Source of the DNA: an uncultured virus (IMG/VR IMGVR_UViG_3300046520_000318)
Lineage: Duplodnaviria > Heunggongvirae > Uroviricota > Caudoviricetes
Virus record (IMG/VR): IMGVR_UViG_3300046520_000318
Length of the DNA: 56,464 bases
Reading direction: 5' to 3' (one strand)
Under the pieces are notes generated by a model. The model did no database searches and was not told the origin of the DNA. It worked only from the letters and a program-made list of their open reading frames with translations. Both the position numbers and the translations under genes were made by a program. Below are positions 1 through 9,692 of this stretch, in pieces; positions within the stretch are counted from its first letter, which is position 1; each line of letters opens with the position of its first letter.

Positions 1-1226
1 ACGGTATACATCGGATCAGCGGCTGAGCGTGGCTCGGTTTGTCCAGCTCTGCCGCCGACCCCGGCCAGAATCGGGCTGATCAATGTCAGTTCGCCCCGGT
101 TGGCGCAGGTCACGGTCGGCAGAGGTTCGAGCGGGTCGTTGATGCGGTCGCTGCCCTGGTGGGTTGCTGGCGCGATCACCGGGCTGACTACAGAGAACGA
201 ACCGCCTTTAGGGTATGAAGTCACAGCGCGCAGCGGCTCATCCATCGACTGCACCGCCTCAGTTGACCAGTTCGCGATCGGTACGATGAAGGGGATAGGG
301 TTGTCGATAACGAACTTCTTCATGCCTTTGGCTATGCGCCGCTTGGTGGCATCGGCCAACTCATCCTTTCGTCCGAAGATGCTTTTGCCCAGATCGCTGA
401 AATCGATGCACTCGGCGGCGGTGCGGTATTTCTGCTGACCTTTCGCGGGCTTCTTGGCGTGTGTCGGCTCTGGCCACACAATCGGCTGACCGTCGGAACG
501 GGCGATCATAAATAGACGCTCCCGGCTGGTCGGCGCGCCAAAGTCGCAGGCCTTGATAACACGCCACTCGACGGCGTAGCCCATGCCTTCCAATAGCTGT
601 ACGAACCGGCGCCAGGTGGTGCCGCGCCGCTTTGGATCAGGAACCAGAAATTGCTGGCCGACCGGGACAACCTCGGCAGGTGCCGCAACAACCTTCTCGA
701 TGACTTCCTTCCCTTTGGCGTTCAGCACGGTCACAAGCTTGATGGCCCGTCCGCTTTCCTTGTCGCGTTTGGCGATCAGCGGACCCCACTGCAGGATCTG
801 CTTCACGTTTTCCAGGCTGATGACGCGGGGCTTTTTCTTGCCAGCCCACTTCAGGCCAATCCACGACAGGTTGCGAATCTCGCGCTTACGTGGCTGGCCG
901 CCTGCCGCCTGGCTGTGGTGCGTGCAATCCGGCGACATGTGGAACCAGCCAACCGCCTTGCCGCTGCACTCCGTATCCGGATCACCCTCGAACACGTCGG
1001 TGGTGAAGTGTTTTGCACCCGGGTGATTGATGGTGTGCATGCTGATTGCTTTGGCGCTGTGGTTCTTCGCCACGCTGACTTTGCGGCCCAGCCCCATTTC
1101 CAGCCCGGTACCGGCGCCGCCACCGCCGCAGAAGAAGTCCACGACGATCTCATCGTCTTGCGGGTCGAAGCCAAGGCCGTACTGCGTTTTGAAATCGAAG
1201 GGGTGTTTTTTCTGATGCGCGGACAT
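1..1226 (-). CDS. Phage C5 cytosine DNA methyltransferase (runs off left edge)
   Basis: Manual translation from ATG 1226: MSAHQKKHPFDFKTQ...VVDFFCGGGG (motif I), HMSPDCTHHS (motif IV variant), ISLENVKQ (motif VI); absent from ORF track because it has no stop in the window. Confidence 0.9.
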   Translation of the reverse strand, partial: MSAHQKKHPFDFKTQYGLGFDPQDDEIVVDFFCGGGGAGTGLEMGLGRKVSVAKNHSAKAISMHTINHPGAKHFTTDVFEGDPDTECSGKAVGWFHMSPDCTHHSQAAGGQPRKREIRNLSWIGLKWAGKKKPRVISLENVKQILQWGPLIAKRDKESGRAIKLVTVLNAKGKEVIEKVVAAPAEVVPVGQQFLVPDPKRRGTTWRRFVQLLEGMGYAVEWRVIKACDFGAPTSRERLFMIARSDGQPIVWPEPTHAKKPAKGQQKYRTAAECIDFSDLGKSIFGRKDELADATKRRIAKGMKKFVIDNPIPFIVPIANWSTEAVQSMDEPLRAVTSYPKGGSFSVVSPVIAPATHQGSDRINDPLEPLPTVTCANRGELTLISPILAGVGGRAGQTEPRSAADPMYT

Positions 1227-1272
1227 GTAAGCTCCTCGCCATACGGCGATAACAAATCAATAGGTGAGATGG

Positions 1273-1803
1273 ATGGCAAAAAGGAAGATTTACTCGCAGG
1301 GCGAATTCGACGGGTCTTGCTTTCTCTACAGCGTCGCCAATGCGATTCGCGCCGTTACAGGGAAGGGTATTTCACGGGCTGATTGGCAACGCGCCATCGA
1401 AGGGATGCCGTTTCGAACCACGGAGTTTCTTGGCGGTTACGGCACAGGAGCGCTTGATCGCTTTCCTGATGCACTTTCGGTCTTTGCAAAGTCCTTTGCT
1501 CGCAGCCTGCGATCTACCGTGGCCGTCGAGACCTTGCCGAAGCTGACTTCGGTGGATCTTGAGACTGGGTTAGGCGAAGGGCACGTGGTAATTGCTTCGA
1601 TTGATGCTGGCGATCACTGGGTCGTTGTACTGGATGTGTTTGACGGGGTGGCGTTCTGCGCGTGTTCTTGGGAGGCTAACGCGGGCAACGCAGAGTACAA
1701 GGAGCTCCCGACACGACACGGTCATATCTACAACATGACCCGTCCTGTCGCAGACCTAAAGCTGTGGAAGGGCCCGGGTTTCTACCTCAGTCGCATACAG
1801 TGA
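1273..1803 (+). CDS. Putative papain-like (C39-like) cysteine peptidase
   Basis: SQGEFDGSCFLYSVANA (Q-x6-C helix) and GDHWVVVLD; RBS-like AGGTGAG before ATG 1273. Confidence 0.55.
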   Translation: MAKRKIYSQGEFDGSCFLYSVANAIRAVTGKGISRADWQRAIEGMPFRTTEFLGGYGTGALDRFPDALSVFAKSFARSLRSTVAVETLPKLTSVDLETGLGEGHVVIASIDAGDHWVVVLDVFDGVAFCACSWEANAGNAEYKELPTRHGHIYNMTRPVADLKLWKGPGFYLSRIQ

Positions 1804-1985
1804 GATCGGAGCGCTAACTATATTTCCAGACATCCTGTACCTATACATCCGCTTGAGGGGCGCTAAGCTATTGAACGGCTTCTTACGGGACGTCCTGTTC
1901 GTCCTGCCATGAGCCCGGCCAATTTACCCTGCTCTGCGGCGCCTTTGCGGTGTGACTAATGATTCAAACAGAGGTTTAAGTATTA

Positions 1986-2636
1986 ATGCCTGCACTCAAC
2001 GTTTCTGACTGGATTTCACTCGTTTCTGCCTTGGGCACGATTGCAGCAGTTGCAGTGGCTCTTTTTCTTCACGGGAGTCAGGTCAGATCGGCGGAAGCCA
2101 GAGAGAAGAGAATTTCAGCGCTGGCTGCTTTCCGTGTGGCGTCCTCTGTTTTCACACTGCTGTCGCAGATAAAGACAGTCCAGTTGAAAGTACGAACCTT
2201 GGACACACTAATTATAGAGAGGCTTGATATTCACCGGGAGTTCTTGGAGTTATCAGAATATTGTCAAGCCATTTCGAACCCTTCAATTGAGGCACTGAGT
2301 ATTTTTGATCATCATTCTGCAATCGAGCTTGCCGAAGGTTTAGGTAGGATTGAAAGTCTGGCCAATAAAGTGAAGATCGTTCAGGGGTCTGACTACTGGA
2401 GAAACGCGATACCAGACCATCGTACTCAACTTCTAATTGGTTGGGATAATGAGTTAACAGAAGCTTTTTTCAAAGTGGAAAACTCCACTTCTTTCAGGCA
2501 GCATCTTTCCGACAACGACGATGAGGTTGAGTCAAAGTTCAATGTGCGGCGCGGCTGGAGCGCAAGCTCAGGTCGCGCTGTCGGCAAAACCCCTTGGACG
2601 ATCAAGCGTTGGTGGACGAAATCGCTGAAGCCTTAG
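1986..2636 (+). CDS. Hypothetical protein with N-terminal membrane anchor
   Basis: 216-aa ORF, hydrophobic N-terminus (WISLVSALGTIAAVAVALFL), GAGG upstream, lower GC. Confidence 0.6.
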   Translation: MPALNVSDWISLVSALGTIAAVAVALFLHGSQVRSAEAREKRISALAAFRVASSVFTLLSQIKTVQLKVRTLDTLIIERLDIHREFLELSEYCQAISNPSIEALSIFDHHSAIELAEGLGRIESLANKVKIVQGSDYWRNAIPDHRTQLLIGWDNELTEAFFKVENSTSFRQHLSDNDDEVESKFNVRRGWSASSGRAVGKTPWTIKRWWTKSLKP

Positions 2637-2798
2637 CAGTGGGTGGGCTCGTCACCCAGGTGTGAACTGACTTGTCCGGCAGCGTCCGCATCATCTCGAT
2701 GCAGTCGCCAACCAGAATCTGATGCTGCTGGCTCATGGTTCGATTCCATGCGGTTGGGAATGGCCTACGCTTACCTCTCCACAGGAAGGGAGAAGGTC

Positions 2799-3002
2799 AT
2801 GAGCGAGGAAAGGGTTACAGCGCTGTTGCTGGCGCTTAAGGCGGTACTGAGCGTTGCGAGAAAGCAGGGGCTGAATCTGGACGAACTGTCAGAGGCTGCC
2901 GCCGACGAGCTTCTGCAGTACCGTGAATACGATGTACTGCATGTGCCGATGGCCGTTAATGAGGTTGAGGTGGCGGTGGATGCGCTGGACTTCGACCGTT
3001 GA
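2799..3002 (+). CDS. Small helical hypothetical protein (paralog of 3336-3551)
   Basis: MSEERVTALLLALKAVL...EVEVAVDALDF; purine-rich RBS GGGAGAAGG. Confidence 0.65.
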   Translation: MSEERVTALLLALKAVLSVARKQGLNLDELSEAAADELLQYREYDVLHVPMAVNEVEVAVDALDFDR

Positions 3003-3077
3003 TCGCGGATCAAGGCCGGTGCTAAAAACCTTTGTACCGGGCTCGAAGTCGACGGGTTGTCACGAGGACATTTCGAT

Positions 3078-3299
3078 ATGGCACTCATCACACAGATCAA
3101 CAACAGACACTGCCCGGAAGTCAGCGCAGCGGCAGCGGAATTACGCCTCGCGCTTAACTCGGTTCGCGATCTTGTCAGGCAAGGGACAACAAGCGGAGAG
3201 GCGTGGAACCAAGCGGATGTGCGTCAGCGTAAAGCCACCGTTGCCTGGCAATTGGCCTTGCGGAACGTCCCATCTCCGATCTGGGGGCCGCGCCCCTGA
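3078..3299 (+). CDS. Small hypothetical protein
   Basis: GAGGA RBS then ATG 3078; 73 aa. Confidence 0.5.
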   Translation: MALITQINNRHCPEVSAAAAELRLALNSVRDLVRQGTTSGEAWNQADVRQRKATVAWQLALRNVPSPIWGPRP

Positions 3300-3335
3300 G
3301 GCCGACACCTACATTAACTGAAAGGATGCAGAGTG

Positions 3336-3551
3336 ATGAGTGAAAACCGGGAATTGGCGCTATCTATCGCGCTTGAAGCTGTACTGAACGCAGCGCGCGA
3401 GCTTCACGTTGATGTCGATGAGCTTTGCGAGCAGGCAATTGGGTCGCTGACGCTTCTGCCTAAGAGCGTATCGCCGTCTGTTGTTGCCGCTATCCGAGAG
3501 ATCGAGGTTGCAGCTGATGCGCTTGATTTCGGCGGTGGGGAAGGCAGCTGA
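3336..3551 (+). CDS. Small helical hypothetical protein (paralog of 2799-3002)
   Basis: MSENRELALSIALEAVL...EIEVAADALDF; AAGGA RBS. Confidence 0.65.
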   Translation: MSENRELALSIALEAVLNAARELHVDVDELCEQAIGSLTLLPKSVSPSVVAAIREIEVAADALDFGGGEGS

Positions 3552-3641
3552 TGCGCTGCTGTGATGAAGCTCACGGTTGGTATTTCAAAGTGACACAATC
3601 CATATTGCGCATAGCCCTAATTTATACAAGGAAGCGGAAGC

Positions 3642-4361
3642 GTGGATATCGATGGAGCTGACAAATACGGCCATTTGCTGGACAAGCTGGGTAAGTTGGT
3701 AAGTTGCTTTGGTGTACTTTTAGGTTTGGCATATATCGCAGGTTTTTCTCAAACTTATTTTTTGTTTTCTGAGCTGAAAGCCGTATGGGTATTAGGGCTC
3801 ATTGACACTCAAACGCTAGTTAGAGATGGACTGCCTTTAGCTACGGTATGCGTACTTTGCACCTTCTTGATGTTTATTTGGTTTCCAAACTCAGATAGTT
3901 TGCGTGAAGGGATGAGTAGTTATCTGCCCTTCGCATCCGTAGTCATAATGGTCATAGTCTTTATTGTTGGCTTTTTGGGAGGCAATTTAAATGGATCCCC
4001 ACTTCTTATCTTGGGGATGAAACTCGTGCCCTTAGGCGCCAGTGTTGCTCTTATTTCATGGGCTGCCAAATTGTATTTCGAGAATGCCCCTGTCAAAACG
4101 GTTTGCGTTTCCGGGATAATTGGACTAGTTATGGCGTTTGGGGCACTGCCCTACTTCGACGCTTCTGGGCAAGCAAACTCAATCAAGAACGGTGACACCG
4201 GGCTGCCAGTTGTGATCACTGGTGATGGGAAGGTATCTGGTGTTTTGGCTGGCGTAGTTTCGGGAAAATATATAGTGGTAGAATGCTTTAGCTCAAACAT
4301 TGTAGTCATGGATATCGAGTCTTCGCTGACAGTAAAGCCTTCATTAGGCAGATGTTCGTAG
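3642..4361 (+). CDS. Multi-pass membrane hypothetical protein (moron)
   Basis: 239 aa with about five hydrophobic segments, AT-richer than flanks. Confidence 0.65.
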   Translation: MDIDGADKYGHLLDKLGKLVSCFGVLLGLAYIAGFSQTYFLFSELKAVWVLGLIDTQTLVRDGLPLATVCVLCTFLMFIWFPNSDSLREGMSSYLPFASVVIMVIVFIVGFLGGNLNGSPLLILGMKLVPLGASVALISWAAKLYFENAPVKTVCVSGIIGLVMAFGALPYFDASGQANSIKNGDTGLPVVITGDGKVSGVLAGVVSGKYIVVECFSSNIVVMDIESSLTVKPSLGRCS

Positions 4362-4406
4362 TAAGGATAGTGCGTGCGTGAGGAACATCCCCGCGCACGC
4401 CCGGGT

Positions 4407-5219
4407 TCAAATGGTGAAACTACCGAGAGAAAGTTTTGCAGTAGCTTCTATACTTTTTTCAAGCACCGCCTTGAACTCTTGAGCGATCGCCTCGCGCTGA
4501 ACTTCCTCGCCGACCCAGCGCAGCTTCAGCACCGGTACCGAACCGCTGGTGATCACCGAAATACGCAGGGTGATCAACTGCTCGGTCAGGCCTTCAAACG
4601 GAACAACGTGGAACTGCAGGGCCGCCGGCAGTGTTTCTTTGCTGCGTGCCTCGATCTTGTCCATGGCGCTACGGCTGGCGCTGGTGTCGCCGACGGTGGT
4701 CTCCGACTCGCTGGTCGCCTTGACGGTTATGGTACGCACGGCAGCAATGGCCTTGGCCACTGGGATAGCCTTGCCGTCGTCGTCCACCGGCGTCAGGTAC
4801 TGGTGCCAGTCTTCGATCCAGTCGCTGAGGTCTTTCTGACTCAGGCGGCTGTCAGAGATCGCCTGTGCGGCGGCGTAACCGGCAGTTGCTTTGAGCTTTA
4901 GAACTGCGCGGTCGTCGGCGTGGCCTGGCTCCTCAGTTGTGCCAAGGTTGAACAGCAGAACGCAGCTCATCTCGTCCTGATTGATGAATCCGCGGGCGCC
5001 AGCTTCGGCGCGATCTGCCACGTAAGCACTGAAATCGGCTAAGGCGTGAGTGGAGTAGGTGCCACGGAAGCGGCTGCGGCCTGCCTGGAATTTCTCCAGC
5101 TCCAGCACTTTTGCGCCTTCTGGCAAAATGGCGGTGGGCGTGAAGGTTGGCAGCGACTTGCCGGTGGCTTCCAGCGCGGTGTCGGTGATGAGTTGAATCG
5201 CTTCTTTGGTCAGTGACAT
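4407..5219 (-). CDS. YfdQ/DUF2303 family phage protein
   Basis: 270 aa; RSRFRGTYST...DWIEDW...ESETTVGDTSASRSAMDKIEA pattern typical of the family. Confidence 0.8.
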   Translation of the reverse strand: MSLTKEAIQLITDTALEATGKSLPTFTPTAILPEGAKVLELEKFQAGRSRFRGTYSTHALADFSAYVADRAEAGARGFINQDEMSCVLLFNLGTTEEPGHADDRAVLKLKATAGYAAAQAISDSRLSQKDLSDWIEDWHQYLTPVDDDGKAIPVAKAIAAVRTITVKATSESETTVGDTSASRSAMDKIEARSKETLPAALQFHVVPFEGLTEQLITLRISVITSGSVPVLKLRWVGEEVQREAIAQEFKAVLEKSIEATAKLSLGSFTI

Positions 5220-5260
5220 TCGTCAGTTCTCTTCGTGAGGGAGGGGATACAGTGGGAAGG

Positions 5261-5608
5261 TCAGTCGCGCGGTTTGATTGGCGCTTCGTCGCGGGTGAAC
5301 AGCTGATCGTGCTTTTCCTGAAACAGCGAGATCTTGCCGCCAGTGCCGACGTGCATCGGCGTGTCGAGGCTGGTGTTCTCGCTACGGGTGCCGCGCTTGG
5401 TCGGGACCTTGTAGTCGAGCTTGTGCTTAATCTTCACTTGGTGGGATTCACCGATCTGACTGAAGTCCAGGGTGATGACCAGCTTCCCTGCCTTACCGTG
5501 ATCGACGACGCCAGCGGCGACTTCTGAAAGGGCGTGACCTATCTGACTTGCGAAGGCGCCACCATTCAGTTCTTCGAAGAACTCGGTGGTATCTGTTGGG
5601 GTAGGCAT
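5261..5608 (-). CDS. Conserved phage protein upstream of YfdQ (YfdP-like)
   Basis: MPTPTDTTEFFEELNGGAF...; GGAGA RBS; usual synteny with YfdQ. Confidence 0.7.
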   Translation of the reverse strand: MPTPTDTTEFFEELNGGAFASQIGHALSEVAAGVVDHGKAGKLVITLDFSQIGESHQVKIKHKLDYKVPTKRGTRSENTSLDTPMHVGTGGKISLFQEKHDQLFTRDEAPIKPRD

Positions 5609-5699
5609 GGTGCTTTCTCCGAGATGGGCTGCAGCCCGCTTGGTGGGAGGTGGTGTTGTGGGTTTCGCTTGCGCTGCTGTGGCGCCTTGAAGACGCGCT

Positions 5700-6314
5700 T
5701 CACCTTTTGGTCGCCGGGTATTCGATCTTGTGGTCACGAACAAGCCTGCGGAAATACTTGGTGCTAATGCCCATGTGCTGGGCGGCCTTGCGCTGGCTTA
5801 CACCGATATCGCGAAGGGCTTTGATGCGCTCGACATTCCTGGCATCTTTCGCGGGGTCACTCTGGTTGTGCACCAGGTTCGCGGCCCCGCCATTGGCAGC
5901 CCGCTGGAATTCGAAGCCGTAAGCTCGCGCCATGGTGTAGAGCTGCTTGCGGCTGATTCCAGTGAGTTCGGCGACTTCGCCCTGCGAGAGCGTCTTGGCC
6001 AGATCGCGAACACGATCCAAGTCAGCCGGTGGCGTCTTCGGCTTCACCGGCTTGGCCTGAGCCTCCTCGATGTCCGGAACAATGCGCAGATGCTGCATCG
6101 ATTCCTTTTTGCTGCGACGCGGCGGAAGCGGCTTGCGATCTGGCGATTCGACTGGGGCGGGAGCAGTACGGTACCCGTATGGCCGTGGAGCCGGAATAGG
6201 CCCTGCGACCTCTGATACCTGGCCACCGCGACGAAGATACTCATCCATCGCTGCGGCGAGCTCGGCCGACTTCGGCTGGTTGTGGCGGACCATGCTCAGC
6301 TCGAGGCTGATCAT
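5700..6314 (-). CDS. Hypothetical protein with two HTH-like segments
   Basis: LSQGEVAELTGISRKQL and VSQRKAAQHMGISTKYF; overlaps exonuclease stop (ATGA). Confidence 0.7.
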   Translation of the reverse strand: MISLELSMVRHNQPKSAELAAAMDEYLRRGGQVSEVAGPIPAPRPYGYRTAPAPVESPDRKPLPPRRSKKESMQHLRIVPDIEEAQAKPVKPKTPPADLDRVRDLAKTLSQGEVAELTGISRKQLYTMARAYGFEFQRAANGGAANLVHNQSDPAKDARNVERIKALRDIGVSQRKAAQHMGISTKYFRRLVRDHKIEYPATKR

Positions 6315-7963
6315 GCTGCCACCTGCTGCAGGACGACCCCGTCCATGCTGAACTCTTCGCCGTGGATGTGAACGAGGTCGTCGAGCGCACCCCAGTTGAC
6401 GGTGAGCACAGAGAGAGGCGCCCGGCCTTCATAGACGGCTTTGACCAGGACTGACAGGTCTGGCACATGGGCTTCCATCTTCGTCGGCTTCGGCGGCACT
6501 TTGGCTGATGGCGCGACCGTCGATACCCGCGCAGCAGTTTGGGGTTTAGGCGTTGGCGTCGAAGCCGATGGGGCGGGTGCTGCTTGCTCAGCGGCCTTAT
6601 TTTGCTCAGCAACCCTCGCGGCTTCAGCATCGGCGAGCTTTTTCGCTTCTTCCTCGCGGATCTGCTGGCGCTGCTTCTCCAGCCGGTCCTCCTCGGCTTT
6701 CTTGTGCTCGTCTATGCGGACCTTGATCAACGTCACCAGGTCATCGTTGGCCTTCATGACCAGCTGCTGAATGTCGTTGAACAGGAAGTTGTGGTCGACG
6801 GCCAGCTCAGCCAGGCTGGCGAGGTTGAGGCGGATCGCGTCGGCCTTTTGGCTGGCGTCGATCTTCGCGCGGGCCAGCTCGGTGTCTACCGCATCTTGCA
6901 GGCTGGCGATGGTGCGCTTGTTTTTCATCGCGCCGGCAAAGTCAGACGCCACCGGTTGCAGCACAACGCGACCAAGAGTTTTGTTGATGGCGGCGACGTG
7001 CTCAGCCAGGGCATTTTCAGCTTTCTGCTTGATGTTGGTCTTCACCAGCAGCTCTTGAGCCTTGACGAGCTTGTCGACCTTCAGCCGAGTTTCGCGGGCA
7101 TGTGCGCTGATTCGATCCAACGAGGAAAACAGTTGGTCGATGGTTTGGGTCTGCGACAGCGCCTGCTTTTTCGCGGCAGCTACAGCGTCTTCTACGTCGA
7201 CGCACCACTTAACGGCTTTCTTGGCGTCGGCGAAGTCCTGATCAGTCGTCAGCGTAGTTTTCACGGAGTCGATGACCGCTAGCGCCGAGTCCTCGAACAC
7301 CTTGAGGTTGCTCTGAGTCACCATGCCGGTCAGCTCAATGCGCAACGCAGGCAGCTCGTCAGGTGCTTTGCCGACGACAATAGATGGCGCGTCAGCCATT
7401 TCGAAAGAGGCAAGGTCGGCTTCGAACTGCTTCCACCCTTCGACCAGTTGCTCAGCACGCCCAGCGACGGGGCGATACTCCATCGAAACGAAGTTTTGCT
7501 CGGTGCCGTCGGAGCAGACAAAGATCACACGTTCTGCGCCGCTCACCAGCAGCTGTTGCTCAAGCTGCCAGTAGTAATGCGGATCGAGCTGTTCGGCGCG
7601 CACCTGGGCGACGAGCGACTCATTCCAGAGTTTGTGCTCAAACAGCGTATCGCCGAGCATCGTCGCGCCGTCCATCGAGGCCAATAGGTTGCCGCTGGTA
7701 CCGACGATTGGGTAGAGCTCCTCGCCGATCTTCACCTCAACCAAGGGGCGGGCCGATGCTTCGGTGGCGTGGCCTTTGTCGAAGATGCGCTGCTGATTCG
7801 GCGTTACCTCTGGCGCGATGCCGGTTTTCTTCGAGGTCAGCAGATCGGTGCGGCTTTGAAACTTCGAAGCGCCCATCATTGCCGGGGCTTCGGAGGCGGT
7901 GAAGTACTTGGCGCGGAGGGCGTGCCATTCAGCGCTGCCCTGAGCTACGTTATGGATCTTCAT
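6311..7963 (-). CDS. YqaJ-like viral recombinase exonuclease
   Basis: MKIHNVAQGSAEWHALR...TASEA, LASMDG, FEHK, YYWQLEQQL motifs; start coupled to recT stop. Confidence 0.9.
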   Translation of the reverse strand: MKIHNVAQGSAEWHALRAKYFTASEAPAMMGASKFQSRTDLLTSKKTGIAPEVTPNQQRIFDKGHATEASARPLVEVKIGEELYPIVGTSGNLLASMDGATMLGDTLFEHKLWNESLVAQVRAEQLDPHYYWQLEQQLLVSGAERVIFVCSDGTEQNFVSMEYRPVAGRAEQLVEGWKQFEADLASFEMADAPSIVVGKAPDELPALRIELTGMVTQSNLKVFEDSALAVIDSVKTTLTTDQDFADAKKAVKWCVDVEDAVAAAKKQALSQTQTIDQLFSSLDRISAHARETRLKVDKLVKAQELLVKTNIKQKAENALAEHVAAINKTLGRVVLQPVASDFAGAMKNKRTIASLQDAVDTELARAKIDASQKADAIRLNLASLAELAVDHNFLFNDIQQLVMKANDDLVTLIKVRIDEHKKAEEDRLEKQRQQIREEEAKKLADAEAARVAEQNKAAEQAAPAPSASTPTPKPQTAARVSTVAPSAKVPPKPTKMEAHVPDLSVLVKAVYEGRAPLSVLTVNWGALDDLVHIHGEEFSMDGVVLQQVAA

Positions 7964-8865
7964 GCGGACTCTCCTTCGATGGGCGCGAGGTTTTTGATCT
8001 GCTCGATCTGCTGCTCGCTCAGGGTGTATTTGCTGCTGATGGTTGCGATCAAGTGCTCGGGCGAGGACTTGCGCTCGTCGACCGACTTCCGCCACTTCGG
8101 CAGGTTCTCGGCGAGCTTGTCGTCGGGGTAGGGCGGCAGGCCGGCGGCCTCTGCTTCACGAATCGGGGAGACGTCGCGAACGCGGGGGGCGCTTTCCTCC
8201 AATTCGTCAGGGCTGTAAACGCCGAGGATCACATCAGGGCAGTAGAGGCGGGACCAGCGCTTGGTGGCGAGGTAGGCCAGTTGCTGGCGTGGGTCGTCAG
8301 CCCAAAGCGTGCTGTTGCGGGTGCGGGCTTGAGCGAGTAGTAGTTCCAGCACACGAGGTTCGTCCTCGCCGCGAAAGGTTGCCCAGACCTTGACGCCCAA
8401 GCCTTCTTCGTCCGACATCTTCCAGCCGGGAACGCGGTATTCGCCTTTGTCGCCGGTCTTGATCGTGAACTTTCCGATCACTTTTTCCCATTCGCCAAAC
8501 CACTCGTAATGCAGGCGATCCATGACTGGCGCGCAGGTGCTGATTACAGCGTTCACGAGCTGGGCCTCGTAGCCGAGGACGCCGTTCACCAGGTGCGTTT
8601 TCTGCGCGACGGCGAAGGGGTTCATCTTCCATTGCATTGACTGCATGACCACGGCCAAGCAGTCGGCGGAGTTTCCGTTGAAGTGCTTTGGCAAGGTTGC
8701 GCGGCCGGTGGCCATGACGTCAGCCAGTCGCATCATCTTGTCCAAACTATCGCCGTCCAGCACGAGGGCACTGGTGCTGGTCGCCGCGTGTGGAATGATG
8801 TGAAGCTGTTGCTCGTGCGCCACAGGCGCGGGGTTATGTGCGGACACGGAAGCTCCTTGCGCCAT
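7960..8865 (-). CDS. recT: RecT family ssDNA-annealing recombinase
   Basis: DCLAVVMQSMQWKMNPFAVAQKT, LWADDPRQQLAY, CPDVILGVY motifs; adjacent to YqaJ. Confidence 0.88.
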   Translation of the reverse strand: MAQGASVSAHNPAPVAHEQQLHIIPHAATSTSALVLDGDSLDKMMRLADVMATGRATLPKHFNGNSADCLAVVMQSMQWKMNPFAVAQKTHLVNGVLGYEAQLVNAVISTCAPVMDRLHYEWFGEWEKVIGKFTIKTGDKGEYRVPGWKMSDEEGLGVKVWATFRGEDEPRVLELLLAQARTRNSTLWADDPRQQLAYLATKRWSRLYCPDVILGVYSPDELEESAPRVRDVSPIREAEAAGLPPYPDDKLAENLPKWRKSVDERKSSPEHLIATISSKYTLSEQQIEQIKNLAPIEGESA

Positions 8866-8901
8866 GCCGTTACCGGGGCGCTGCGATTGAAAAGGGTGGG
8901 G

Positions 8902-9102
8902 TTACTGCGAGGTTTGTTGCTGCTGAACGCGGTAGCGAAGGACCTGCAGGACGCGACCGCGATAGCCAGGCTCTGCGTATTGCTCAACCGGAGGACCGTA
9001 GTAGCCGCGCATTTCTGCGAGTCGGTATGCCTCGCGCAGGTTGTGAGCGCTGATCTCTTCGAGCTGCTCGTCGATCAGCGATTTAACCGGTGAAGTAGTC
9101 AT
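8902..9102 (-). CDS. Small early hypothetical protein
   Basis: MTTSPVKSLIDEQL...; GGAGG RBS; coupled to upstream ORF. Confidence 0.55.
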   Translation of the reverse strand: MTTSPVKSLIDEQLEEISAHNLREAYRLAEMRGYYGPPVEQYAEPGYRGRVLQVLRYRVQQQQTSQ

Positions 9103-9326
9103 GCCGAACCTCCTTGCTTGGCGAAAGCCGTCTCCATCTGCCCCATGGCGATACGAAGGCGACCGGGCAGGGCAGCGAGACGCTTTGCATCCCGCTCGTT
9201 GCATTGCTGGCTGAAGATGTCGGGACCGTCGTCGAACCAGTTGTCATTGGCGCTGCCGGTCGATGTGCCAGCCATTCGATCGTCCATCAACCTAGCCTGG
9301 GCACTGTCTGCGTAACTGGTACTCAC
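9099..9326 (-). CDS. Small early hypothetical protein
   Basis: 75 aa, 4-nt overlaps with both neighbours. Confidence 0.55.
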   Translation of the reverse strand: MSTSYADSAQARLMDDRMAGTSTGSANDNWFDDGPDIFSQQCNERDAKRLAALPGRLRIAMGQMETAFAKQGGSA

Positions 9327-9553
9327 GATGCGACGCTCAGCCGCCCATTTGTCTGGGCGTAGACCACAGCCTCGACATGGGCTATTTCGCGGAACAGATC
9401 CGAGTAATCGGTGGGGCTGATGACATTCCCCTCAAGCAAGCCCTCAATCCAGCCGAAGGCCCGGGCAATAAGTTCGCGCGCTACCAGGGAGAACTCTGGT
9501 TTCTGCGCTCGGGCGAGAAGATTTTCGAAACGTCTTCTTTGGAAATCGTCCAT
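9323..9553 (-). CDS. Small early hypothetical protein
   Basis: MDDFQRRRFENLL...; GGAGG RBS before ATG 9553. Confidence 0.55.
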   Translation of the reverse strand: MDDFQRRRFENLLARAQKPEFSLVARELIARAFGWIEGLLEGNVISPTDYSDLFREIAHVEAVVYAQTNGRLSVAS

Positions 9554-9575
9554 GGTCGCCTCCGTGGAGAGTTGA

Positions 9576-9650
9576 GACCGCATTAGTCAGATGCCAGACG
9601 CGGGTGACCAAACCCACCGTGAAGGTGGCCTGGCATCTGCTGATGCGGTC
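9576..9650 (-). other. Branched intergenic RNA structure
   Basis: Long near-perfect outer stem GACCGCATTAGTCAGATGCCAG / CTGGCATCTGCTGATGCGGTC enclosing two short hairpins. Confidence 0.6.
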
Positions 9651-9692
9651 GATATGGGGGAAGGGTGCCGGTCTTTCCCGGCTGTCAGCTGA

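Noticed and set aside
100..1382. Plus-strand ORFs 100-438, 583-1026 and 651-1382
   Set aside because: Antisense shadows of the methyltransferase gene, which the ORF track missed
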